Positions 20,736 through 29,185 of a stretch of DNA of 64,000 nt are shown piece after piece (position 1 is the stretch's first letter; each line of letters starts with the position of its first letter). Source of the stretch: an uncultured Acidobacteriota bacterium (lineage in GTDB: Bacteria; Acidobacteriota; Terriglobia; Acidiferrales; UBA7541); contig CAVRDM010000016.1 in NCBI GenBank assembly GCA_963719845.1, forward strand, positions 14,654 through 78,653. The letters are read 5' to 3'. The translations under genes and the position numbers were made by a program. Under the pieces are notes generated by a model, which saw only the letters and a program-made list of their open reading frames with translations, was not told the DNA's origin and did not search any database.

Positions 20736-21632
20736 ATGGAGAAAACCAGTCGATTTATGCGAGTGGAAGAAGATATCGAGAGCCTGCCGGTGCCATGGAT
20801 TTCGCCGCGGCCCGGCAATGAAGTACGAATTGAACCGGGCAAGAATTGGCCTTCTTTAAAGCTGGGCGAGCTGTGGGAAGCGCGCGAACTTGTCTATTTT
20901 CTCATCTGGCGAGACATCAAGGTACGCTACAAACAGACCGTACTGGGCGCCGGATGGGCCCTTATCCAGCCCTTGTTCACGATGTTGATCTTCAGCTTGT
21001 TCTTTGGGCGGCTCGCCAAGGTTCCTTCCGATAACATTCCATATCCTCTTTTCTCGTTCACCGCGCTGGTGCCGTGGACCTATTTCGCCAACGCACTGAA
21101 TCAGGCGTCGAATAGTTTGGTGAGCAACTCGAGCCTCATCAAAAAAGTTTATTTCCCGCGTTTGGCGATTCCAATTTCGAAAGTATTGTCAGCTCTAATA
21201 GATTTCGGATTGGCATTCGTTCTATTGCTGGGAATGAGTTTCTACTACGGTATACACCCCACCGTCAGGGTGTTATGGATACCTCTATTCTTGCTGCTGG
21301 CAATGGTCACCGCGCTCGGGGCCGCTCTTTGGCTTTCAGCAATGAATGTAAGGTTCCGTGATATCGAGCAGGCCCTTCCTTTCTTGATCCAAGTATGGCT
21401 TTTTGCAACGCCGATCGCTTATCCGAGCAGCCTGTTGTCCCCACGGTGGCGGACATTGTATGCCATCAATCCGATGGTGGGAGTGGTTGAGGGCTTCCGT
21501 TGGGCATTGCTCGGAGCGCATACCACTCCGGGACCTATGCTCCTGGTCTCTTCTCTTGCCGCGGCTGCGACTTTGGTTAGTGGGGCTTACTGGTTCCGAA
21601 GGTTGGAAAAAACTTTTGCAGACATATTGTAG
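20736..21632 (+). CDS. wzm: ABC-2 type polysaccharide/O-antigen export permease
   Basis: 298 aa. Signature LWEARELVYFLIWRDIKVRYKQTVLGAGWALIQPL followed by 6 hydrophobic helices. It lies immediately upstream of the ATPase gene. The start could be a downstream Met. Confidence 0.85.
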   Translation: MEKTSRFMRVEEDIESLPVPWISPRPGNEVRIEPGKNWPSLKLGELWEARELVYFLIWRDIKVRYKQTVLGAGWALIQPLFTMLIFSLFFGRLAKVPSDNIPYPLFSFTALVPWTYFANALNQASNSLVSNSSLIKKVYFPRLAIPISKVLSALIDFGLAFVLLLGMSFYYGIHPTVRVLWIPLFLLLAMVTALGAALWLSAMNVRFRDIEQALPFLIQVWLFATPIAYPSSLLSPRWRTLYAINPMVGVVEGFRWALLGAHTTPGPMLLVSSLAAAATLVSGAYWFRRLEKTFADIL

Positions 21633-21641
21633 GGCAAATTC

Positions 21642-22943
21642 ATGTCCGAAACCGCCATTCAGTTAGAGAATATTGGAAAGATGTATCACATCGGTACCAC
21701 CCGGACTGGGCACCGCAGTCTGCAAAATGTGGTAACCGACGCGTTGGTATCGCCGTTTCGTCGGGCCGCGAGGCTCTTGAGGGGGAGCGCCACGGGAGCT
21801 GCTGATCTCGACCAGACGTTCTGGGCTCTCAGGGACGTTTCGCTCGAAGTTAAACATGGCGAAATCGTGGGCATTATTGGCGGCAATGGCGCAGGAAAAA
21901 GCACGCTTCTGAAGATTCTGTCTCGTATCACTGAACCGAGCGAAGGGCATGGAAAAATCGACGGCCGCGTAGGTTCGCTGCTTGAGGTGGGGACCGGTTT
22001 CCACCCTGAACTCTCCGGTCGGGAAAATCTGTTCTTGAATGGCGCGATCTTGGGCATGAAGAAGGTAGAAATCGAGCGCAAATTCGATGAGATCGTCGCT
22101 TTTGCCGAAATTGAACGGTTCATCGATACCCCGGTCAAACATTATTCCAGTGGAATGTATGTGCGCCTGGCATTTTCGGTGGCCGCTCATTTGGAGCCTG
22201 AGATTCTTCTCGTGGACGAAGTACTGGCTGTGGGCGATACAACATTTCAGAGAAAGTGCCTAGGTAAGATGAACGAAGTTGGTAGAAGCGGTCGCACCGT
22301 GCTTTTCATCTCTCACAGTATGGCCACCGTCGAGAATCTTTGCCACAAAGGGGTTTTACTGGCAGAAGGCAAGGTCGTTTTCAGTGGTGATATGAAGCGA
22401 ACTATAGATCGGTATCTCCAGAGCGCCTCTGCGAGGCCGGACGGCTCTTCCTCGCACATCGTTGATCTCAGCAGGGCGGCCGGTAGGTCTCCCCGATACG
22501 CTCCCTTGCTGCAGAGACTGGAACTGTTTACCGATCACGGCAGGCCTTTGACTCGCGTTTTGCGGATGGGCGGCACTCTCAAGGCCTACATATATTTCAA
22601 TCTGGATGAGCCTACGTCGAGCGTGGATGCCGGGTTGGGATTCAATAACCTTTTGGGACAGCGAGTTTTCACGGCACATAGCGTCTTCGAGCCCCAAAGA
22701 TCCTGGGGTGAAAGGGTCGGCCCACAAGTTTTTGTCTGCGAAATCCCTCACCTTACTCTGATGCCGGGCGATTATAAACTCAAGGTCGCACTCAATGTTC
22801 ATAATTCCGAGCGCGACTTTGTAGAGGACGCGGCGATCGTGACGGTCCTTGAATCCGATTACTACGGAACGGGCAAAGCGCCGTGGAACGGCTTCTTCGT
22901 TCTAGATCATCAATGGCAGCTTCATGACGATGAGGTTCGGTAA
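21642..22943 (+). CDS. wzt: ABC polysaccharide export ATP-binding protein with extended C-terminal (Wzt_C-like, putative glycan-binding) domain
   Basis: 433 aa. Walker A GGNGAGKST, ABC signature YSSGM, Walker B ILLVDEVLAVGD. About 180 extra C-terminal residues lie beyond the nucleotide-binding domain. Confidence 0.9.
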   Translation: MSETAIQLENIGKMYHIGTTRTGHRSLQNVVTDALVSPFRRAARLLRGSATGAADLDQTFWALRDVSLEVKHGEIVGIIGGNGAGKSTLLKILSRITEPSEGHGKIDGRVGSLLEVGTGFHPELSGRENLFLNGAILGMKKVEIERKFDEIVAFAEIERFIDTPVKHYSSGMYVRLAFSVAAHLEPEILLVDEVLAVGDTTFQRKCLGKMNEVGRSGRTVLFISHSMATVENLCHKGVLLAEGKVVFSGDMKRTIDRYLQSASARPDGSSSHIVDLSRAAGRSPRYAPLLQRLELFTDHGRPLTRVLRMGGTLKAYIYFNLDEPTSSVDAGLGFNNLLGQRVFTAHSVFEPQRSWGERVGPQVFVCEIPHLTLMPGDYKLKVALNVHNSERDFVEDAAIVTVLESDYYGTGKAPWNGFFVLDHQWQLHDDEVR

Positions 22944-23221
22944 CGGCTGTGCGGCGTTGGCACTGCTGTCTGTTCACACTGGGCCCAGGGATGAGCCTAT
23001 CAACTGTCCCTACGGTCTATTCAGCTGTCCGAGATCTCCTGCCCTGTCTTCGATGACCCCGCTCGTGGCCACCAATTCAACTCCTTGAGCGATGCCGCAA
23101 ACAGCATCTGCCGCGCGCACCACGAATATCACTGATTTCTCAGACAAAATGCACTATCAACTTTTCCACCGCACTACCGCAATACCGATCGCAGAATCAC
23201 GGTTATCCTGACTGAGGGGGA

Positions 23222-24670
23222 ATGAATCAATCCTACGATGTTGTTGTAATAGGTTCGGGCCCGAACGGACTCGCAGCAGCGATCGTCGCAGCCCGATGTG
23301 GCCTCTCCACCGTTGTGCTGGAGGCTAGCGAAACGTTCGGAGGCGGTACGCGTTCCGCGGAGTTGACTATGCCTGGGTTTCTCAACGACGTCTGTTCCGC
23401 CGTTCACCCGATGGCATTGGCCTCAGGATTTTTTCGCAACCTGCCGCTACGAGCGTTTGGACTCGAATGGATCACGCCCCCCACGGCGGCAGCGCATCCC
23501 CTTGATTCTGGTGAAGCAGCGCTCCTGACGAATGATGTTGAGGAAACTGCACGACTTCTCGGAGTAGATCGCGCTCGCTATTCCCGTACCATTGGAGCCA
23601 TCGCTAGAAACTGGCCGAAAATCGAAACCGACGTACTCAGCCCGCTGAAGATGCCGTCACATCCTTTAGCGTTTGCGTCATTCGCTCTTCTTGCGCTATT
23701 GCCGGCGAACATCTTTGCAAAAAGCGCTTTTTCATCCGTTAAGGCCCGAGCCTTATTCGCAGGAAACGCCGCGCATTCTATTCGTGCCCTGTCCAGTCCG
23801 GGCAGTGCGGCAATCGGCCTGGTGCTTGCAGCAGTGGCACACGTGTACGGATGGCCCGTCCCAGAGGGCGGCTCGCAAGCGATTGCCAATGCGCTGCTCC
23901 GATATTTTGAGTCTCTCGGCGGCGAGACGGTCCCGGGATTCAAGGTTGAAAGTTGGCGCGAGTTGCCGCGATCACGAATCGTTCTGTTTGACACCTCGCC
24001 CCGTACGCTGGCGCGCATATTGGCGGACCGGTTGCCCAAAAGCTACGTCCGAGCCCTTGAAGGGTACCCCTATGGTCCCGGGGTCTTCAAGGTCGATTGG
24101 GCTCTAAATGCGCCCATTCCTTGGAAGGCACGTGAATGCCTGACTTCAGCGACCGTGCACGTGGGGGGGACTCTGGACGAGATTGCTGAAGCAGAACGGG
24201 CCCCGTGGATCAATAAATGTGCCGAGAAGCCGTTTGTTCTGGTTACACAGCCCAGTCTTTTTGATCCTACTCGTGCGCCGTACAAGAAACACACGGCATG
24301 GGGGTATTGTCACGTCCCCAACGGATGTGACGTTTGCATGACCGGGCGAATCGAAGCCCAAATTGAACGATTTGCTCCCGGTTTTCGCGACATCATTCTT
24401 TGCCGCGCTGCTCGTGGCCCATCGCAGCTTCAAAGCGAAAATCCCAACCTGGTGGGCGGAGACGTTGGCGGCGGATCAAACGACCTGGTGAATCTTTTCT
24501 TCCGGCCGACGTGGCGTACCTACTCCACGCCTGCCCGCGGCGTATACCTCTGTTCGGCGGCAACGCCCCCCGGAGGGGGCGTCCATGGGATGTGCGGATA
24601 TAACGCAGCTGTCCGCGCAATTCGGCAACATTTCGGGGAAGCAGTGCTTGCGGCTTCGCGACTTGCGTAG
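23222..24670 (+). CDS. FAD/NAD(P)-dependent oxidoreductase, phytoene-desaturase (CrtI/CrtD-like) family
   Basis: 482 aa. Dinucleotide-binding motif YDVVVIGSGPNGLAAA...VLEASETFGGGTRS and C-terminal PPGGGVHGMCGYNAA. GAGGGGGA precedes the ATG. Confidence 0.7.
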   Translation: MNQSYDVVVIGSGPNGLAAAIVAARCGLSTVVLEASETFGGGTRSAELTMPGFLNDVCSAVHPMALASGFFRNLPLRAFGLEWITPPTAAAHPLDSGEAALLTNDVEETARLLGVDRARYSRTIGAIARNWPKIETDVLSPLKMPSHPLAFASFALLALLPANIFAKSAFSSVKARALFAGNAAHSIRALSSPGSAAIGLVLAAVAHVYGWPVPEGGSQAIANALLRYFESLGGETVPGFKVESWRELPRSRIVLFDTSPRTLARILADRLPKSYVRALEGYPYGPGVFKVDWALNAPIPWKARECLTSATVHVGGTLDEIAEAERAPWINKCAEKPFVLVTQPSLFDPTRAPYKKHTAWGYCHVPNGCDVCMTGRIEAQIERFAPGFRDIILCRAARGPSQLQSENPNLVGGDVGGGSNDLVNLFFRPTWRTYSTPARGVYLCSAATPPGGGVHGMCGYNAAVRAIRQHFGEAVLAASRLA

Positions 24671-24750
24671 GGATTCGATTGTAGAAGTCTGTAATTAAGC
24701 CCTTGAAGCCAACCCCTCGACATTGATAGTGCTATTGTGAACGGCTGCGA

Positions 24751-25755
24751 CTATTTGTATGTGGGGCATTTCACTTCTGGCGGCGACGATGGGCGCTGCG
24801 ACAATTTCCGGGGAACACCGCGTCTGAAGAGCCAGTGCTGCCAAAAAAGTCCCGCTTGCGAACGAGCCTGACACTGGCAAGTCAGCGCCGCCGCCGAGCG
24901 GCCTGCGCACAGATGCCACAGGGCCATAGCTTCCTGAAGAATGGTTTCTTTGATTACATACGTGCCGAATCGCAGAAGCGATACCGGGAGCGGCTCATAA
25001 TACGCCTGCGCGCGACCTTGCCCAAAGTAGCGGCTGCGCAGAAAAGATTTCGTCAGACGCTCGCGTGACCATGGATGCCGCAGAAGAATCTGAGGAGCGT
25101 AAATGATCCGATATCCCGCCTGGCGTATGCGCAGTGAGATCTCAGTGTCTTCCCACATCCCCAAGCCGCCAGGGCCAAGTTCCGGAGCGAACCCGCCAAC
25201 TTTATTAAACACCTCCCGCCGCACAACCATATTGGTACCACAAAGAGTGCCATCCAAATCGATGACTTCGTTTCCGTAATCTCGGAAATCCGCCATCATC
25301 GCGAGGTACTTCCCATCAAGCCATTTCGGCCAGCCGCCTTCGCAATCTAGTAGCACACGTCCCTGCGCGGCATCTGCCGAACAGGAAGAAAAGACAGTTA
25401 CGATACCCTGGATGTAATTCGGCTCGCAAATCACGTCGTCGTCGGTAAAGGCCAATATGTCGCCCTTGGCTGCTGGAATGGCCGTGTTCAGCGCGTTGCT
25501 CTTGCCTAGTTTTTTCTCCTCAATAAATCGGAAATGCTGCGGAAATCTGTGTTGAAACTCGCGGCAAACCTCGACCGTATGGTCGGTGGACGTCTCGACG
25601 ACCAATACTTCCCAATTAGGCACCTCTAAATTGCTGTCACAGAAAAAGGACTCTAACGCTTGGCGCAAGCTCTCTGCCCGATTACGAGTACAAATTATGA
25701 CGCTAATAAGCACGTTCAACCCTCGCCTTAACGGTTCTGGGGCACCTGGCACCAC
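24751..25755 (-). CDS. Glycosyltransferase family 2
   Basis: 334 aa. Contains ISVIICTRNRAESLRQALES and the DxD motif FTDDDVICEPN. Confidence 0.8.
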   Translation of the reverse strand: MVPGAPEPLRRGLNVLISVIICTRNRAESLRQALESFFCDSNLEVPNWEVLVVETSTDHTVEVCREFQHRFPQHFRFIEEKKLGKSNALNTAIPAAKGDILAFTDDDVICEPNYIQGIVTVFSSCSADAAQGRVLLDCEGGWPKWLDGKYLAMMADFRDYGNEVIDLDGTLCGTNMVVRREVFNKVGGFAPELGPGGLGMWEDTEISLRIRQAGYRIIYAPQILLRHPWSRERLTKSFLRSRYFGQGRAQAYYEPLPVSLLRFGTYVIKETILQEAMALWHLCAGRSAAALTCQCQARSQAGLFWQHWLFRRGVPRKLSQRPSSPPEVKCPTYK

Positions 25756-26008
25756 CGCGCGGGGAGCAACCGCGTTCCAAAATCCAAAATCCCTATTTAT
25801 CCCCGCAGGGGTAAGATGCCTATTATCTACTGGAAGGCTCGCTGGCCTGAAGAAGATACGGCACAGACTTCCACTTAATGTGCGCTATCTGGCACAGTTT
25901 CTCCTCAACAGGATCTGAGTCATCGGAAATTGGCCGCCATAATTGAGATAAGCTACATCAATGATAATTCTTTTCCTAGTCAATCTACTGCGGTATAAGC
26001 TGCTGTAG

Positions 26009-26227
26009 CTGCGGGAATATACTAGCTGCAAAAAACTGGTCGGTTGTGCTTTATGGGCAGCCCTAGGATTCTTCGTAAGTCTTCCTCGGGTCTTCGTCGG
26101 CGGTCATTTCCCAACCGATGTACTTACCGGCTTCCTCGTGGGGCTAGCGGCGTACGGGCTTGCCAAAACTCTTTTGGAGCCCCGGCTGGATTCTCTCAAC
26201 CGGCGCTTGGCCTCGCATCTTGGCTGA
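26009..26227 (+). pseudogene. C-terminal remnant of a PAP2-family phosphatase (no start codon, N-terminal two thirds missing)
   Basis: My translation of frame 2 gives ...LWAALGFFVSLPRVFVGGHFPTDVLTGFLVGLAAYGLAKTLLEPRLDSLNRRLASHLG*. It contains PAP2 motif C3 (R-x5-H-x3-D). An in-frame TAG lies at 26006, with no Met upstream of the motif. Confidence 0.45.
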
Positions 26228-26391
26228 GTTTGTCGTTTCCGTGTATATTGTGCAGATCGCCGTCGAATTTAACGAATTTGTGTGGGTTAGAAATTCATTA
26301 AAGTATTTCTTGAAATAAAACCGTTTGCCACTTCAGATCTCGGGGAGTCCGCCTCGAGAGTTCGCTTGCTCTGCTGTTCGGACACACAAAC

Positions 26392-28548
26392 TCAGTCTAA
26401 TACTCGTACGATCTGAGATCCATCAAAGGAATACAGCAGTTGGAATTTGTCAGGGCGACGTTCTATAAGCTGTTCTGTTGGCGCTGCGCCGTACACCCAC
26501 TCCTCGCCGTGTGAGCCGTGCCTTTCAAAAGGCCTAAACCCGATAACATACTTAATGTGCTCGTTTTCGATGAGCTGCATAACGTCGCCGTCATCGGCAT
26601 ATAATTTGTTGCTATATCCAGGGCCGTATAAGGGGAAATTTTCGGGACGACCCAAATAGAGGAGTCGCTCATTGGCAATGTTGTGACGAACATACAAGCA
26701 AATCCGCGCCCAGCCAGGTGAAATGTCGCTATACCCGTATTCAGGATCGTCCTTTCGCCGCTCACGGAAGCCATCGAGCCAATAGGAACCCGCTGCGCAA
26801 ACTACGAATGTCACCATAGCTATCGCAGTAAGCGCCTTTTTTATTGAGCGCGTATTCGCGAACAGTCCCACAAAGGCCCGCAAAAGAAAGGGGATCATGA
26901 TCGCCATCAGGGCAGCCAGTATTATGACTACCCACCAATAGTGGCTCCCGCGAGCCAAGTTTACAATGGTTGCCAATACGACGATAGGCACCCCCAATTG
27001 CATGTATTGGGGACCGGTGGAAAGAAGGAAGCCCAGTCCAATGTTTAGGCATGCTAGGAAACATAAAAGAAACCGCGGCTGTACCTGCCAAACATTCACT
27101 CCGACAGGAAGAAGACTATACGGCTGTATCAAATATATGAAACCTAGCATCAACGGTAGCAGTACCAGCCAAGCGAGAAAATCGCTGTTCTTTGGCCGGC
27201 CGCCGCGAAAACGATAGAACATCACCAACAGCAGTAATGGCACAGCCACCAGAACCGGCAACGCTACACCCAATTCGTCGACGAATTGTTTCCAATAGGA
27301 AAACAGTCGAAAGAAATGGAAACCAATGGTTATCGGGGCAAAAAACCGGCCGTCCAAAGGGCCTGCAAAAACTGTTTTACCCAGAACGGTGATTTCCTTC
27401 GGATAAAACGGATTATGAAAATAAATGAGATTGCGGATGTACCAAGGAGTACCGGCTATGCTCGCAACCCCGAGCATGAGCGACACCGCCCGTATGATAT
27501 CGGCAATCGACTTGCGCGGAGAAGCGCCGCCTTTCCTGAGCAATAGGGCCACTCCTAAAGTCCCCCCTAAGGCCACTCCGTAAACGGGCCCTACGATCTT
27601 CGCCGCGCAGAGTATTCCTGCTGCCAAGCCCGCAAGGGCAGCGTAGCGGAGGGAACCTATTCGGGCCCAGCGTAGTAAAAAAAAGAACACCAGCAAAAAC
27701 GTGAGGGTTAGAAAGAGGTCGTTCTTCTGCGAAGTGGCCCACATCGAAATCTCCGGAGTGCTCACAAACAGGGCTGCGACGCTCAACGACGCAGTCGGCG
27801 GCACGTCGAACTCGCGGCAAATTGCGTACATGCAAACAAATACTCCCGGCAGCTCTATCAAAAACAGCAACGCCAGGTTGTCGCTCGTCATCGGAAAGGA
27901 TAGCCAAGCAAGGATGGCTTCCCTGGCGCCGGGGTATGCGCGGGCAATCAATGGAATGCTCTTTACCGGCGCGATCGAGTGGTTTTTGATCATTTCCGCG
28001 ACTAATGGAAGGTGATACCACATCGTATCTGAGTCGGCGGCAGTATAGCGAACCGAGTTGAATGCCATAATCCCGTAGGCCAGGAGCGATAACAATATTA
28101 TAAATCCTTCGCCAAAATTTATTCTCGCCTCGCTTTCGGTTGGACGCGCAGGAGTGCTGCCCGGGGTTTTTCGCCACGCCGCTAAAAGCGCAATTTGTAG
28201 GCCACCCATGGCGATTAATAGGTTTGTGAATGACAGGAAGCCCGCCAATCCCAAGCAGGAAACGATCACTGCGGGGAAGCTCAAGAAAATCGTGAGCGCG
28301 ACGATTCCGGTTTCGATTCTAGGGAGCGGAGCCATTCTGAGCGCCAATACCGTCGACGTATATAAAAGGCAAAATAGCTGCGCGGCAAAGAGGGTTGCCC
28401 CTATCCATCCGCGTGGAGATCGCAATACCGCGGGAGCAGTCGATAGCAACAACCCGGGGATAAGCAAATGTGTTATGGCAATAAATCCGAGAGGCAGCTG
28501 CCAATGGATTGACGACAGTAATGGACTTGGGCGCTCTGTGGTCGACAT
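26392..28548 (-). CDS. Large polytopic membrane protein (about 16 helices plus ~110-aa soluble C-terminus), possible GT-C-type glycosyltransferase or polymerase
   Basis: 718-aa uninterrupted ORF, extremely hydrophobic for ~600 aa. Its architecture parallels 3083..4612. No diagnostic motif recognised. Confidence 0.55.
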   Translation of the reverse strand: MSTTERPSPLLSSIHWQLPLGFIAITHLLIPGLLLSTAPAVLRSPRGWIGATLFAAQLFCLLYTSTVLALRMAPLPRIETGIVALTIFLSFPAVIVSCLGLAGFLSFTNLLIAMGGLQIALLAAWRKTPGSTPARPTESEARINFGEGFIILLSLLAYGIMAFNSVRYTAADSDTMWYHLPLVAEMIKNHSIAPVKSIPLIARAYPGAREAILAWLSFPMTSDNLALLFLIELPGVFVCMYAICREFDVPPTASLSVAALFVSTPEISMWATSQKNDLFLTLTFLLVFFFLLRWARIGSLRYAALAGLAAGILCAAKIVGPVYGVALGGTLGVALLLRKGGASPRKSIADIIRAVSLMLGVASIAGTPWYIRNLIYFHNPFYPKEITVLGKTVFAGPLDGRFFAPITIGFHFFRLFSYWKQFVDELGVALPVLVAVPLLLLVMFYRFRGGRPKNSDFLAWLVLLPLMLGFIYLIQPYSLLPVGVNVWQVQPRFLLCFLACLNIGLGFLLSTGPQYMQLGVPIVVLATIVNLARGSHYWWVVIILAALMAIMIPFLLRAFVGLFANTRSIKKALTAIAMVTFVVCAAGSYWLDGFRERRKDDPEYGYSDISPGWARICLYVRHNIANERLLYLGRPENFPLYGPGYSNKLYADDGDVMQLIENEHIKYVIGFRPFERHGSHGEEWVYGAAPTEQLIERRPDKFQLLYSFDGSQIVRVLD

Positions 28549-29105
28549 TCAACCGTTAGAAACATCAGTAAACCTGATTCACACACGCCTGTCAACCGCG
28601 GGATAAGGCTGGAATTGGAAAAGTACAACGTGTCCGCCCGGCAGAGTTGTTGGGTATGAGCGGGAAGCGGCGCAGGGAGTTGGTGATGTGTTTCGGGCGG
28701 AAAATGGGGAGGGGCAGCGTCGACGTTGCGGCTGTTGGAAAGTGGGAATCGCGTAGCGATTTCCAAGGTGGCGAAGCCCCAGCCTTTCGGCGCCGCTTTC
28801 GCGACGAATAAAATCGCGCGGCTATGGCCGCCCCCTACTTCGTTCTGACTCTTGAGGTGAAAGACTGTTCGCTGGCTTGTTAGCCAGAGCGAGCCGCTTG
28901 CCAGTTGCAGGCTGGCTGCGGTAAGAATATCCGCCCGGCTGAATCGCCGCAAATAACCCTGTCTGCTGGATTTAAGTAACTCTCATCCGCGCTCAGCGTT
29001 ACTGTCAATTGGAACAGTGCACACCTTCATCTGCGCTTCTTGTCCTGTACATGATCTAGCCCTCTGACCAGTCGAGTCTTCCCCCCGTTACGAACTAATT
29101 TGGTG

Positions 29106-29136
29106 GCGTGCCGGATGCCCTTCTCGCCCGGCACGC
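29106..29136. promoter_or_regulatory. Perfect 9-bp inverted repeat GCGTGCCGG-N13-CCGGCACGC upstream of the Ig-like protein gene
   Basis: Read directly: 29106..29114 is the reverse complement of 28..36 of the same decade (29128..29136). It lies ~50 nt upstream of the start at 29186, inside a 637-bp gene-free gap. Confidence 0.3.
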
Positions 29137-29185
29137 AGGGCCTGAATGCTGGGGCTGAGCCAACCACACGGAACTGGGGGATTTC

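Noticed and set aside
28473-28952. 159-aa minus-strand ORF in the 28.5-29.2 kb gap. I briefly considered it as a transposase or IS fragment.
   Set aside because: It overlaps the 5' end of the 718-aa gene, lacks an RBS and any recognisable motif, and I could not tie it to any IS family from memory.
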